DNA of 64,000 bases from the NCBI GenBank assembly GCA_051313645.2, contig JBNRSN020000089.1, forward strand, positions 2,542,001 through 2,606,000, given 5' to 3'. The position numbers and the translations under genes are program-made. Positions 33,301 to 50,289 of the stretch are shown here, in pieces; within the stretch, counting starts at the first letter, position 1, and the number at the start of each line of letters is the position of its first letter. The stretch is from Centroscyllium fabricii. Taxonomy: Eukaryota. The notes under the pieces were generated by a model. That model was not told the origin of the DNA. It saw nothing but the letters and a program-made list of their open reading frames with translations, and ran no database searches.

Positions 33301-35135
33301 ACAATACATAAGACATTATCCATCAGTGTACAATACATCAGACATTATCTACCTGTGAGCAATACATCAGACAATATCCATCTGTGTACAATACATCAGA
33401 CAAATGTCCATCTGTGTACAATACATCAGACAATATCCATCTGTGTAAAATACATCAGACAATGTCCATCTGTGTCCAATACATCAGACAATATCCATCT
33501 GTGAACAATACATCAGACAACAACCATCTGTGTACAATACATCAGACAATATCCATCTGTGTACAATACATCACTAAATGTCCATCTGTGTACAATAAAT
33601 CAGGCAATATCCATCTGCGTACAATACACCAGACATGGTCCATCTGTGAACAATACATCAGTCCTTATCCATCTGTGTACAAACCATCAGACAACATCCA
33701 TCTGTGTACAATACATCAGAGAATGTCCGTCTGTGTACAATATATCAGACAATATCCATCTGTGTACATTACATCAGACAATGTCAATCTGTGAACAATA
33801 CATCAGACAATGTCCATCTGTGTACAATATATCAGACAATGTCCATCTGTGTACAATACATCAGACAATATGCATCTGTGTGCAATATATCAGACAATGT
33901 TTATCTGTGTACAATACATCAGACAATTTCCATCTGTGAACAATACATCAGACAATTTCCATCTGTGTACAATACATCAGATAATGTCCATCTGTGCACA
34001 ATACTTCAGACAATGTCCATCTGTGAACAATGCATCAGACAATGTTCATCTATGTACAATACATCAGACATTGCCCATCTGTGTACAATATATCAGACAT
34101 TATCCATCTGTGTACAATACATCAGAAAATGTCCATCTGTATACAATGCATCAGACAATATCCATCTGTGAGCAATACATCAGACAATACCCATCGTGTA
34201 GAAAACATCAGGCATTGTCAATCTGTGTACAATACATCAGACAATATCCATCTGTGTACAATACATCAGACATTGTCCTTCTGCGTACAATACATCAGAC
34301 AATGTCCATCGGTGAACAATTCATCAGACAATGTCCATCTGTGTACAATACATCAGACATTGTCCATCTGTGTACAATACATCAGACATTGTCAAACTGT
34401 GTACAATACATCAGATATTGTCCATCTGTGTACAATACATCAGAAAATATCCATCTGTGTACAATACATCCGACAATGTCCATCTGTGAACAATATATCA
34501 GACAATGTCCATCTTTGAACAATACATCAGACAATGTCCATCTGTGTACAATACATCAGACAATGTCCATATGTGTACAATAGGTCAGACAATATCCATC
34601 TGTGAACAATACATCAGACAATGTCCATCTGTGTACAATACATCAGAAAATGTCCATCTGTGAACAATCCATTAGACAATATCCATCTTTGTACAGTACA
34701 TCAGACAAAGTCAATGTGTGTACAATACATCAGACAATGTCCATCTGTGAACAAAACATCAGACAATATCCATCTCTGAAAAATACATCAGAGGATGTCA
34801 ATCTGTGTACAATACATCAGACAATATCCATCTGTGTACAATATATCAGACATTATCCATCTGTATACAATTCATCAGACATTATCCATCTGTGTACAAT
34901 ACATCAGAAAATATCCATCTCTGAACAATACATCAGACAATGTCCATCTGTGTACAATACATCAGAGAATGTCCAACTGTGTACAATACTTAAGACAATG
35001 TCCATCTAGAGTGCAATACATCAGACAATGTCAATTTGTGTACAATACATCAGACATTATCCATCTGTGTACAATACATCAGACAATGTCCATCTGTGAA
35101 CAATAATTCAGACAATATCCATCTGTAACAGTACA
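24340..35135. repeat. Higher-order duplication, offset 6204/6262 bp (~24340-28930 recurs at ~30545-35135), with a partial third copy at offset 2783
   Basis: ORF pairs 24377/30581, 24678/30882, 26861/33065, 27606/33810 and 28591/34795 (6204); 25692/31954 and 26455/32717 (6262); 26455/29238 and 26861/29644 (2783). TCTAGA landmarks 25468/31672 and 28801/35005. Confidence 0.9.
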
Positions 35136-38100
35136 TCAGACAATGTCCATCTCTGTACAATACATCAGTCAATATCCATCTGTGTACAATATATCAGACA
35201 ATATCCATCTGTGTACAGTATATCAGACAATGTCCATCTGTGTACAATACATCAGACAATATCCATCTGTGTACAATACATCAGACAATGTCCATCTGTG
35301 AACAATACATCAGACAATGTCCATCTGTGTACAATACATCAGACAATGTCCATCTGTGTACAGTACATCAGACAATGTCCATCTGTTTACAGTACATCAG
35401 ACAATGTCCATCTGTGTAAAGTACATCAGAAAATGTCCATCTGTGTACAATACATCAGACACTGTCCATCTGTGTACAATATATCAGAAAATGTCCATCT
35501 GTGAACAATACATAAGACAATATCCATATGTGTACAGTACATCAGACAATGTCCATCTGTGTACAGAACATCAGAAAATGTCAATCTGGGAACAATACAT
35601 AAGACATTATACATCTGTATACAATACATCAGACATTATCCATCTGTGTGCAATACATCAGAAAATGTCCATCTGTGAACAATAGATAAGAATTATCCAG
35701 CTGTGTACATTACATCAGACATTATGCATCTGTGAACAATACATCAGACAATATCCATCTGTGTACAATACATCAGACAAATGTCCATCTGTGTACAATA
35801 CATCAGACAATGTCCATCTGTGTACAATACATCAGACAATATCCATCTGTGAACAATATGTCAGAAAATGTCCATCTGCGCACAATACACAAGACATTAT
35901 CAATCTGTGTACAATACAGCAGACATTATACATCTGTGTAGAATACATCAGACAATATCCATCTGTGAATAATACATCAGAAAATGTCCATCTATGTACA
36001 AAACATCAGACATTATCTATCTGTGAATAATAAAACAGACAATATCCATCTGTGTACAATGCATCAGCCAATGTCCATCTGTGAACAATACATCAGACAA
36101 TATCCATCTGTGTACAAAACATCAGACATTGTCCATCTGTGTACAATACATCAGACAATATCCATCTATGTACAATACATCAGACATTGTCCGTCTGTGT
36201 ACAATAAATCAGGCAATGTCCATCTGTGAACAATACATCAGACAATGTCCATCTGTGTACAATACATCAGACAATGTCCATCTGTGAACAATACATAAGA
36301 CAATATCCATCTGTGTACAGTACATCAGACAATGTCCATCTGTGTACAATACATCAGAAAATGCCCATCTGGGAACAATACATAAGACATTATCCATCTG
36401 TTTACAATACATCAGACATTATCCATCTGTGTGCAATACATCAGAAAATGTCCATCTGTGAACAATAGATAAGACATTTTCCATCTGTGTACAATACATC
36501 AGACATTATGCATCTGTGAAAAATACATCGGACTATATCCATCTGTGTACAATACATCAGACAAATGTCCATCTGTGTACACTACATAAGACAATATCCT
36601 TCAGTGTACAATACATCAGACAATGTCCATCTGTGTACAATACATCAGACAATATCCATCTGTGAACAATATATCAGAAAATGTCCATCTGTGCACAATA
36701 CATAAGACATTATCAATCTGTGTACAATACATCAGACATTATCCATCTGTGTAGAATACATCAGACAATATCCATCTGTGAATAATACATCAGAAAATGT
36801 CCATCTGTGTACAATACATCAGACATTATCTATCTGTGAATAATACATCAGACAATATCCATCTGTGTACAGTGAAACAGACAATGTCCATCTGTGAACA
36901 ATACATCAGACAATATCCATCTGTGTACAAATCATCAGACATTGTCCATCTGTGTACAATACATCAGACAATATCCATCTATGTACAATACATCAGACAT
37001 TGTCCGTCTGTGTACAATACATCAGACAATGTCCATCTGTGTACAATACATCAGACAATATCCATCTGCGAACAATACATCAGACAATGTCCATCTGGGT
37101 ACTATACATCAGAAAATGTCCACCTGTGAACAATCCATTAGACAACATCCATCTTTGTACAGTACATCAGACAAAGTCCATCTGTGTACAATACATCAGA
37201 CAATGTCCTTCTGTGAACAAAACATCAGACAATATCCATCTCTGAACAATACATCAGAGGACGTACATCTGTGTACAATACATCAGAAAATATCCATCTG
37301 TGTACAATATATCAGAAAATATCCATCTGTATACAATAGATCAGACATTATCCATTTGTGTACAATACATCAGACAATATCCATCTGTGAGCAATACATC
37401 AGACAATGTCCATCTGTTTACAATACATCAGACAATGTCCAACTGCGTACAATAATTAAGACAATGTCCATCTAGAGTGCAATACATCAGACAATGTCCA
37501 TTTGTGTACAATACATCAGACAATGTCCATCTGTGAACAATACATCAGACAATATCCATCTGTGAACAATGCATCAGAACATATCCGTCTGTGTACAATA
37601 CATCAGACATTGTCCATCTGTACAATACATCGGACAATGTCCATCTGTGTACAATACATCAGACATTATCCATCTGTGTATAATACATCAGACAATGTCC
37701 ATCTGTGAACAATAAATCAGACAATATCCATCTGTAAACAATACATCAGACAATGTCCATCTGTGTACAATATATCAGACAATATCCATCTGTGTACAAT
37801 ATATCAGACAATATCCATCTGTGTACAGTATATCAGACAATATCCATCTGTGTACAATACATCAGAAAATATCCATCTGTGTACAATTCATCAGAAAATG
37901 TCCATCTGTGAACAATACATCAGACAATGTCCATCTGTGTACAATACATCAGACAATGTCCATCTGTGTTCAGTACATCAGACAATTTCCATGTGTTTAC
38001 AGTACATCAGACAATGTCCTTCTGTGTACAGTACATCAGAAAATGTCCATCTGTGTACATTACATCAGAAACTGTCCATCTGTGTACAATACATCAGAAA

Positions 38101-41100
38101 ATGTCCATCTGTGAACAATACATCAGACAATATCCATCTGTGTATAAAACATCAGACATTGTCCATCTGTGTACAATATATCAGAGAATGTCCATCTGTG
38201 AACAATACATCAGACAATATCCATCGTGTACAAAATATCAGACATTGTCCATCTGTGTACAATACATCAGACAATATTCATCTATGTACATTACATCAGA
38301 AAATGTCCATTTGTGAACAATAGATAAGACATTATCCGTCTGTGTACAATATATCAGACATTATGCATCTGTTAGCAATACATCAGACAATATCCATCTG
38401 TGTACAAAACATCAGACATTTTCCATCTGTGTACAATACATCAGACAATATCCATCCATGTACAATACATCAGACATTGTCCGTCTTTGTACAATAAATC
38501 AGGCAATGTCCATCTGTGAACAATACATCAGACAATGTCCATCTGTGTACAATACATCAGACAATGTCCATCTGTGAACAATACATAAGACAATATCCAT
38601 CTGTGTACAGTACATCAGACAATATCCATCTGTGTACAATACATCAGAAAATGCCCATCTGGGAACAATACATAAGACATTATACATCTGTGTACATTAC
38701 ATCAGACATTATCCATCTGTGTGCAATACATCAGAAAATGTCCATCTGTGAACAAAAGATAAGACATTATCCATCTGTGTACAATACATCAGACATTATG
38801 CATCTGTGAACAATACATCAGACAATATCCATCTGTGTACAATACATCAGAGAAATGTCCATCTGTGTACAATACATCAGACAATATCCATCAGTGTACA
38901 ATACATCAGACAATGTCCATCTGTTTACAATACATCGGACAATATCCATCTGTGAACAATATATCAGAAAATGTCCATCTGTGCACAATACATAAGACAT
39001 TATCAATCTGTGTACAATATATCAGACATTATCCATCTGTGTAGAATACATCAGACAATATCCATCTGTGAATAATACATCAGAAAATGTCCATCTGTGT
39101 AGAATACATCAGACATTATCTATCTGTGAATAATACATCAGACAATATCCATCTGTGTACAATGCATCAGACATTGTCCATCTTTGAACACCACATCAGA
39201 CAATATCCATCTGTGTACAAAACATCAGACATTGTCCATCTGTGTACAATACATCATACAATATCCATCTATGTACAATACATCAGACATTGTCCGTCTG
39301 TGTACAATAAATCAGGCAATGTCCATCTGTGAACAATACATCAGACAATGTCAATCTGTGTACAATTCTTCAGACAATGTACATCTGTGAACAATATATC
39401 AGACAATATCCATCTGTGTACAATACATCAGACAATGTCGATCTGTGAACAATACATCAGACAATGTGCATCTGTGAACAATACATCAGATATTGTCCAT
39501 CTGTGAACAATACATCAGACAATGTCCATCTGTGTACAATACATCAGACAATGTCCAGCTGTGTACAATACATCAGACAATATGCATCTGTGTACAATAC
39601 ATCAGACAATGTCCATCTGTGTACAATACATCAGAAAATTTCCATCTGTGAACAATACATCAGACAATATCCATCTGTGTACAATACATCAGACAATGTC
39701 CATCTGTGCACAATACATCAGACAATGTCCAACTGTGAACAATGCATCAGACAATGTCCACCTGTGTACAATACATCAGACATAGTCTATCTGTGTACAA
39801 AATATCAGAAATTATCCATCTGTGTACAATACATCAGAAAATGTCCATCTGTGTACAATGCATCAGACAATGTCCATCTGTGAACAATACATCAGACAAT
39901 ACCCACCGTGTACAAAACATCAGACATTGTCCATTTGTGTACAATACATCAGACAATATACATCGGTGTACAATACATCAGACATTGTCCGTCTGTGTAC
40001 AATACATCAGACAATGTCCATCTGTGAACAATACATCAGACAATGTCCATCTGTGTACAATACATCAGACAATGTCCATCTGTGAACAATACATCAGACA
40101 ATATCCATCTGTGTACAATACATCAGACAATGTCCATCTGTGAACAATACATCAGACAATGTCCATCTGTGAACAATACATCAGACATTGTCCATCTGTG
40201 TACAATACATCAGACATTGTCCATCTGTGTACAATACATCATACATTGTCCATCTGTGTACAATACATCAGAAAATATCCATCTGTGTACAATACATCCG
40301 ACAATGTCCATCTGTGAACAATACATCAGACAATGTCCATCTGTGAACAATACATCAGACAATGTCCACCTGTGTACAACACATCAGACAATGTCCATCT
40401 GTGTACAATACATCAGACAATATCCATCTGTGAACAATACATCAGACAATGTCAATCTGTGTACAATACATCAGAAAATGTCCATCTGTGAACAATCCAT
40501 TAGACAATATCCAACTTTATACAAAACATCAGACACAGTCCATCTGTGTACAATACATCAGACAATGTCCATCTGTGAACAAAACATCAGACTACATCCA
40601 TCTCTGAACAATACATCAGAGAATGTCCATCTGTGTACAATACATCAGACAATATCCATCTGTGTACAATATATCAGACAATATCCATCTGTGAACAATA
40701 CATCAGACAATGTCCATCTGTGTACAATACATCAGACAATGTCCAACTGTGTACAATACTTAAGACAATGTCCATCTAGAGTGCAATACATCAGACAATG
40801 TCCATTTGTGTACAATACATCAGACAATGTCCATTTGTGAACAATACATCAGGCAATATCCATCTGTGAACAATACATCAGACAATATCCATCTGTGTAC
40901 AATACATCAGACAATGTCCATCTGTACAATACATCGGACAATGTCCATCTGTGTACAATACATCAGACATTATCCATCTGTGTACAATAAATCAGACAAT
41001 GTCCATCTGTGAACAATACATCAGACAATATCCATCTGTGTACAGTATATCAGATAATGTGCATCTGTGTACAATACATCAGACAATATCCATCTGTGTA

Positions 41101-42019
41101 CAATACATCAGACAATGTCCATCTGTGATCAATACATCAGACAATGTCCATCTGTATACAATACATCAGACAATGTCCATCTGTGTACAGTACGTCAGAC
41201 AATGTCCATCAGTTTACAGTACATCAGACAATGTCCTTCTGTGTACAGTACATCAGACAATGTCCATCTGTGTACAATACATCAGACACTGTCCATCTGT
41301 GTACAATACATCAGAAAATGTCCATCTGTGAACAATATATCAGACAATATCTATCTGTGTACAATACATCAGACAATGTCCATCTGTACAATACATCAGA
41401 CAATGTCCATCTGTGTACAATACATCAGACATTATCCATCTGTGTACAATACATCAGACAATGTCCATCTGTGAACAATATATCAGACAATACGCATCTG
41501 TGAACAATGCATCAGACAATGTTCATCTGTGTACAATACATCAGACAATATCCATCTGTGTACAATACATCAGACAATATCCATCTGTGTTCAGTACATC
41601 AGACAATGTACATCTGTGAACAATATATCAGACAATATCCATCTGTGTACAATAAATCAGACAATGTCCATCTGTGAACAATACATCAGACAATGTCCAT
41701 TTGTGTACAATACATGAGACAATGTCCATCTGTACAATATATCAGACAATGTCCATCTGAGTACAATACATCAGACATTATCCATCTGTGTACAATACAT
41801 CAGACAATGTCCATCTGTGAACAATAAATCAGACAATATCCATCTGTAAACAATACATCAGACAATGTCCATCTGTGTACAATACATCAGACAATATCCA
41901 TCTGTGTACAAAAGTTCGAACAATATCCATCTGTGTACAGTATATCAGACAATGTGCATCTGTGTACAACACATCAGACAATATCCATCTGTGTACAATA
42001 CATCAGACAATGTCCATCT

Positions 42020-45000
42020 GTGATCAATACATCAGACAATGTCCATCTGTGTACAATACATCAGACAATGTCCATCTGTGTACAGTACGTCAGACAATGT
42101 CCATCTGTTTACAGTACATCAGGCAATGTCCTTCTGTGTACAGTACATCAGACAATGTCCATCTGTGTACAATACATCAGACACTGTCCATCTGTGTACA
42201 ATACATCAGAAAATGTCCATCTGTGAACAATACATCAGACAATATCTATCTGTGTACTATACATCAGACAATGTCCATCTGTACAATACATCAGACAATG
42301 TCCATCTGTGTACAATACATCAGACATTATCCATCTGTGTACAATACATCAGACAATGTCCATCTGTGAACAATATATCAGACAATACGAATCTGTGAAC
42401 AATATATCAGACAATGTTCATCTGTGTACAATACATCAGACAATATCCATCTGTGTACAATACATCAGACAATATCCATCTGTGTACAGTACATCAGACA
42501 ATGTACATCTGTGAACAATATATCAGACAATATCCATCTGTGTACAATACATCAGACAATGTCCACCTGTGAACAATACATCAGACAATGTCCATCTGTG
42601 TACAATACATCAGACAATGTCCATCTGTACAATATATCAGACAATGTCCATTTGTGTACAATTCATCAGACATTATCCATCTGTGTACAATTCATCAGAC
42701 AATGTCCATCTGTGAACAATACATCAGATAATATCCATCTGTGAACAATACACCAAACAATGTCCATCTGTGTACAATACATCAGACAATATCCATCTGT
42801 GTACAATACATCAGACAATATTCATCTGTGTACAGTACATCAGACAAAGTCCATCTGTGTACAGTACATCAGACAATGTCCTTCTGTGTACAGTATATCA
42901 GACAATGTCCATCTGTGTACAATACATCAGACTCTGTCCATCTGTGTACAATACATCAGAAAATGTCCATCTGTGAACAATACATCAGACAATATCCATC
43001 TGTGTACAATACATCAGACAATGTCCATCTGTACAATACATCAGACAATGTCCATCTGTGTACAATACATCAGACATTATCCATCTGTGTACAATACATC
43101 AGACCATGTCGATCTGTGAACAATACGTCAGACAATATCCATCTGTGAACAATACATCAGACAATGTCCATCTGTGTACAATACATCAGACAATATCCAT
43201 CTGTGTACAATACATCAGACAATATCCATCTGAGTACAGTACATCAGACAATGTCCATCTGTGTACAGTACATCAGACAATGTCCTTCTGTGTACAGTAT
43301 TTCAGACAATGTCCATCTGTGTACAATACATCAGACTCTCTCCATCTGTGTACAACACATCAGAAAATGTACATCTGTGAACAATACATCAGACAATATC
43401 CATCTGTGAACAATACATCAGAAAATGTCCATCTGTGCACAATACATAAGACATTATCAATCTGTGAACAATACATCCGACATTATCTATCTGTGTACAA
43501 TACATCAGACAATATCCATCTGTGAACAATACATCAAACAATAACCATCTGTGTACAATACATCAGACAATATCCATTTGTGTACAATACATCAGAAAAT
43601 GTCCAATTGTGTACAATACATCAGACAATATCCATCTGTGTACAATACTTCAGACATTATCCATCTTTGAACAATACATCAGACATTATCCATCTGTGTA
43701 CAATACATCAGATATGGTCCATCTGTGAACAATACATCAGACATTATCCATCTGTATACAAAACATCAGAAAATATCCAACTGTGTACTATATATCAGAC
43801 AATGTCCATTTGTGTACAATACGTCAGACAATATCCATCTGTGTACAATACATCAGACAATGTCCATCTGTGTACAATATATCAGACAATGTCCATCTGT
43901 GAACAATACATCAGACAATATCCATCTGTGAACAATACATCAGACAATATCCATCTGTGTAAAATACATCAGACAATGTCCATCTGTACAATACATCAGA
44001 CAATGTCCATCTGTGTACAATACATCAGACATTATCCATCTGTGTACAATACATAAGGCAATGTCCATCTGTGAACAGTAAATCAGAAAATATCCATCTG
44101 TGAACAATACATCAGACAATGTCCATCTGTGTACAATACATCAGTCAATATCCACCTGTTTACAATACATCAGACAATATCCATCTGTATACAGTATATC
44201 AGACAATGTCCATCTGTGTACAATATATCAGGCACTATCCATCTGTGTATAATACATCAGACAATGTCAATCTGTGAACAATACATCAGACATTGTCCAT
44301 CTGTGTACAATACATCAGACAATGTCCATCTGTGTACAGTACATCAGACAATGTCCATCTGTGCACAGAACATCAGACAATGTATTTCTGTGTACAGTAC
44401 ATCAGACAATGTCCATCTGTGTACAATACATCAGACAATGTCCATCTGTGTGCAATATATCGGACAATGTCCATCTGTGAACAATACTTCAGACAATATC
44501 TATCTGTGAACAATACATCAGACAATATCCATCTGTGTACAATACATCAGACAATGTCCACCTGTACAATACATCAGACAATATCCATCTGTGAACTATA
44601 CATCAGACAATGTCCATCTGTGAACAATACATCAGACAATATCCATCTGTGTACAATACATCAGGCAATATCCATCTGTATACAGTATATCAGACAATGT
44701 CCATCTGTGTACATTACATCAGATAATATCCATCTGTGTACAATACATCAGACAATGTCCATCTGTGAACAATACACCAGACAATGTCCATCTGTGTACA
44801 ATACATCAGACAATGTCCATCTGTACAATATATCAGACAATGTCCATCTGAGTACAATACATCAGACATTATCCATCTGTGTACAATAAATCAGACAATG
44901 TCCATCTGTGAACAATACATCAGATAATATCCATCTGTGAACAATACATCAGACAATGTCCATCTGTGTACAATACATCAGACCATGTCGATCTGTGAAC

Positions 45001-48000
45001 AATACGTCAGACAATATCCATCTGTGAACAATACATCAGACAATGTCCATCTGTGTACAATACATCAGACAATGTCCATCTGTGTACAATACATCAGACA
45101 ATGTCCATCTGTGTACAGTACGTCAGACAATGTCCATCTGTTTACAGTACATCAGGCAATGTCCTTCTGTGTACAGTACATCAGACAATGTCCATCTGTG
45201 TACAATACATCAGACACTGTCCATCTGTGTACAATACATCAGAAAATGTCCATCTGTGAACAATACATCAGACAATATCTATCTGTGTACTATACATCAG
45301 ACAATGTCCATCTGTACAATACATCAGACAATGTCCATCTGTGTACAATACATCAGACATTATCCATCTGTGTACAATACATCAGACAATGTCCATCTGT
45401 GAACAATATATCAGACAATACGAATCTGTGAACAATATATCAGACAATGTTCATCTGTGTACAATACATCAGACAATATCCATCTGTGTACAATACATCA
45501 GACAATATCCATCTGTGTACAGTACATCAGACAATGTACATCTGTGAACAATATATCAGACAATATCCATCTGTGTACAATACATCAGACAATGTCCACC
45601 TCTGAACAATTCATCAGACAATGTCCATCTGTGTACAATACATCAGACAATGTCCATCTGTACAATATATCAGACAATGTCCATTTGTGTACAATACATC
45701 AGACATTATCCATCTGTGTACAATTCATCAGACAATGTCCATCTGTGAACAATACATCAGATAATATCAATCTGTGAACAATACACCAAACAATGTCCAT
45801 CTGTGTACAATACATCAGACAATATCCATCTGTGTACAATACATCAGACAATATTCATCTGTGTACAGTACATCAGACAAAGTCCATCTGTGTACAGTAC
45901 ATCAGACAATGTCCTTCTGTGTACAGTATATCAGACAATGTCCATCTGTGTACAATACATCAGACTCTGTCCATCTGTGTACAATACATCAGAAAATGTC
46001 CATCTGTGAACAATACATCAGACAATATCCATCTGTGTACAATACATCAGACAATGTCCATCTGTACAATACATCAGACAATGTCCATCTGTGTACAATA
46101 CATCAGACATTATCCATCTGTGTACAATACATCAGACCATGTCGATCTGTGAACAATACGTCAGACAATATCCATCTGTGAACAATATTTCAGACAATGT
46201 CCATCTGTGTACAATACATCAGACAATATCCATCTGTGTACAATACATCAGACAATATCCATCTGTGTACAGTACATCAGACAATGTCCATCTGTGTACA
46301 GTACATCAGAAAATGTCCTTCTGTGTACAGTATTTCAGACAATGTCCATCTGTGTACAATACATCAGACTCTGTCCATCTGTGTACAACACATCAGAAAA
46401 TGTTCATCTGTGAACAATACATCAGACAATATCCATCTGTGAACAATACATCAGAAAATGTCCATCTGTGCACAATACATAAGACATTATCAATCTGTGT
46501 ACAATATATCCGACATTATCTATCTGTGTACAATACATCAGACAATATCCATCTGTGAACAATACATCAAACAATAACCATCTGTGTACAATACATCAGA
46601 CAATATCCATTTGTGTACAATACATCAGAAAATGTCCAATTGTGTACAATACATCAGACAATATCCATCTGTGTACAATACATCAGACATTATCCATCTG
46701 TGAACAATACATCAGACATTATCCATCTGTGTACAATACATCAGATATGGTCCATCTGTGAACAATACATCAGACATTATCCATCTGTATACAAAACATC
46801 AGAAAATATCCAACTGTGTACTATATATCAGACAATGTCCATTTGTGTACAATACGTCAGACAATATCCATCTGTGTACAATACATCAGACAATGTCCAT
46901 CTGTGTACAATATATCAGACAATGTCCATCTGTGAACAATACATCAGACAATATCCATCTGTGAACAATACATCAGACAATATCCATCTGTGTACAATAC
47001 ATCAGACAATGTCCATCTGTACAATACATCAGACAATGTCCATCTGTGTACAATACATCAGACATTATCCATCTGTGTACAATACATAAGGCAATGTCCA
47101 TCTGTGAACAGTAAATCAGAAAATATCCATCTGTGAACAATACATCAGACAATGTCCATCTGTGTACAATACATCAGTCAATATCCACCTGTTTACAATA
47201 CATCAGACAATATCCATCTGTATACAGTATATCAGACAATGTCCATCTGTGTACAATATATCAGGCACTATCCATCTGTGTATAATACATCAGACAATGT
47301 CAATCTGTGAACAATACATCAGACATTGTCCATCTGTGTACAATACATCAGACAATGTCCATCTGTGTACAGTACATCAGACAATGTCCATCTGTGCACA
47401 GAACATCAGACAATGTATTTCTGTGTACAGTACATCAGACAATGTCCATCTGTGTACATTACATCAGACAATGTCCATCTGTGTGCAATATATCAGACAA
47501 TGTCCATCTGTGAACAATACTTCAGACAATATCCATCTGTGAACAATACATCAGACAATATCCATCTGTGTACAATACATCAGACAATGTCCATCTGTAC
47601 AATACATCAGACAATATCCATCTGTGAACTATACATCAGACAATGTCCATCTGTGAACAATACATCAGACAATATCCATCTGTGTACAATACATCAGGCA
47701 ATATCCATCTGTATACAGTATATCAGACAATGTCCATCTGTGTACATTACATCAGATAATATCCATCTGTGTACAATACATCAGACAATGTCCATCTGTG
47801 AACAATACACCAGACAATGTCCATCTGTGTACAATACATCAGACAATGTCCATCTGTACAATATATCAGACAATGTCCATCTGAGTACAATACATCAGAC
47901 ATTATCCATCTGTGTACAATAAATCAGACAATGTCCATCTGTGAACAATACATCAGATAATATCCATCTGTGAACAATACATCAGACAATGTCCAACTGT

Positions 48001-48100
48001 GTACAATACATCAGACCATGTCGATCTGTGAACAATACGTCAGACAATATCCATCTGTGAACAATACATCAGACAATGTCCATCTGTGTACAATACATCA
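42020..48100. repeat. Tandem duplication of a 3033-bp satellite block
   Basis: ORF pairs 42308/45341, 42741/45774, 43522/46555, 44129/47162, 44293/47326 and 44937/47970 all have offset 3033. Ends approximate. Confidence 0.92.
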
Positions 48101-49870
48101 GACAATATCCATCTGTGTACAATACATCAGACAATATCCATCTGTGTACAGTACATCGGACAATGTCCATCTGTGTACAGTACATCAGACAATGTCCTTC
48201 TGTGTACAGTATTTCAGACAATGTCCATCTATGTACAATACATCAGACTCTGTCCATCTGTGTACAATACATCAGAAAATGTTCATCTGTGAACAATACA
48301 TCAGACAATATCCATCTGTGAACAATACATCAGAAAATGTCCATCTGTGCACAATACATAAGACATTATCAATCTGTGTACAATACATCCGACATTATCT
48401 ATCTGTGTACAATACATCAGATAATATCCATCTGTGAACAATATATCAAACAATAACCATCTGTGTACAATACATCAGACAATATCCATTTGTGTACAAT
48501 ACATCAGAAAATGTCCAATTGTGTACAATACATCAGACAATATCCATCTGTGTACAATACATCAGACATTATCCATCTGTGAACAATATATCAGACATTA
48601 TCCATCTGTGTACAATACATCAGATATGGTCCATCTGTGAACAATACATCAGACATTATCCATCTGTATACAAAACATCAGAAAATATCCAACTGTGTAC
48701 TATATATCAGACAATGTCCATTTGTGTACAATACGTCAGACAATATCCATCTGTGTACAATACATCAGACAATGTCCATCTGTGTACAATATATCAGACA
48801 ATGTCCATCTGTGAACAATACATCAGACAATATCCATCTGTGAATAATACATCAGACAATATCCATCTGTGTACAATACATCAGACAATGTCCATCTGTA
48901 CAATACATCAGACAATGTCCATCTGTGTACAATACATCAGACATTATCCATCTGTGTACAATACATAAGGCAATGTCCATCTGTGAACAGTAAATCAGAA
49001 AATATCCATCTGTGAACAATACATCAGACAATGTCCATCTGTGTACAATACATCAGTCAATATCCACCTGTTTACAATACATCAGACAATATCCATCTGT
49101 ATACAGTATATCAGACAATGTCCATCTGTGTACAATATATCAGGCACCATCCATCTGTGTATAATACATCAGACAATGTCAATCTGTGAACAATACATCA
49201 GACATTGTCCATCTGTGTACAATACATCAGACAATGTCCATCTGTGTACAGTACATCAGACAATGTCCATCTGTGCACAGAACATCAGACAATGTATTTC
49301 TGTGTACAGTACATCAGACAATGTCCATCTGTGTACAATACATCAGACAATGTCCATCTGTGTGCAATATATCAGACAATGTCCATCTGTGAACAATACT
49401 TCAGACAATATCCATCTGTGAACAATACATCAGACAATATCCATCTGTGTACAATACATCAGAAAATGTCCATCTGAACAATACATCAGACAATATCCAT
49501 CTGTGAACTATACATCAGACAATGTCCATCTGTGAACAATACATCAGACAATATCCATCTGTGTACAATACATCAGGCAATATCCATCTGTATACAGTAT
49601 ATCAGACAATGTCCATCTGTGTACATTACATCAGATAATATCCATCTGTGTACAATACATCAGACAATGTCCATCTGTGAACAATACACCAGACAATGTC
49701 CATCTGTGTACAATACATCAGACAATGTCCATCTGTACAATATATCAGACAATGTCCATCTGAGTACAATACATCAGACATTATCCATCTGTGTACAATA
49801 AATCAGACAATGTCCATCTGTGAACAATACATCAGATAATATACATCTGTGAACAATACATCAGACAATG
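46120..49870. repeat. Tandem duplication of an 1879-bp satellite block, overlapping the 3033-bp duplication
   Basis: ORF pairs 46197/48076, 46555/48434, 46613/48492, 47162/49041 and 47307/49186 have offset 1879. Confidence 0.9.
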
Positions 49871-50289
49871 TCCATCTGTGTACAATACATCAGACAATAT
49901 CCATCTGTGTACAATACATCAGACAATATCCATCTGTGTACAGTACATCAGACAATGTCCATCTGTGTACAGTACATCAGACAATGTCCTTCGGTGTACA
50001 GTATATCAGACAATGTCCATCTGTGTACAATACATCAGACTCTGTCCATCTGTGTACAATACATCAGAAAATGTCCATCTGTGAACAATAAATCAGACAA
50101 TATCCATCTTTGTACAATACATCAGACAGTGTCCATTTGTACAATACATCAGACAATGTCCATCTGTGTAGAATACATCAGACATTATCCATCTGTGTAC
50201 AATACATCAGGCAATGTCCATCTGTGAACAATAAACCAGACAATATCCATCTGTAAACAATACATCAGACAATGTCCATCTGTGTACAA

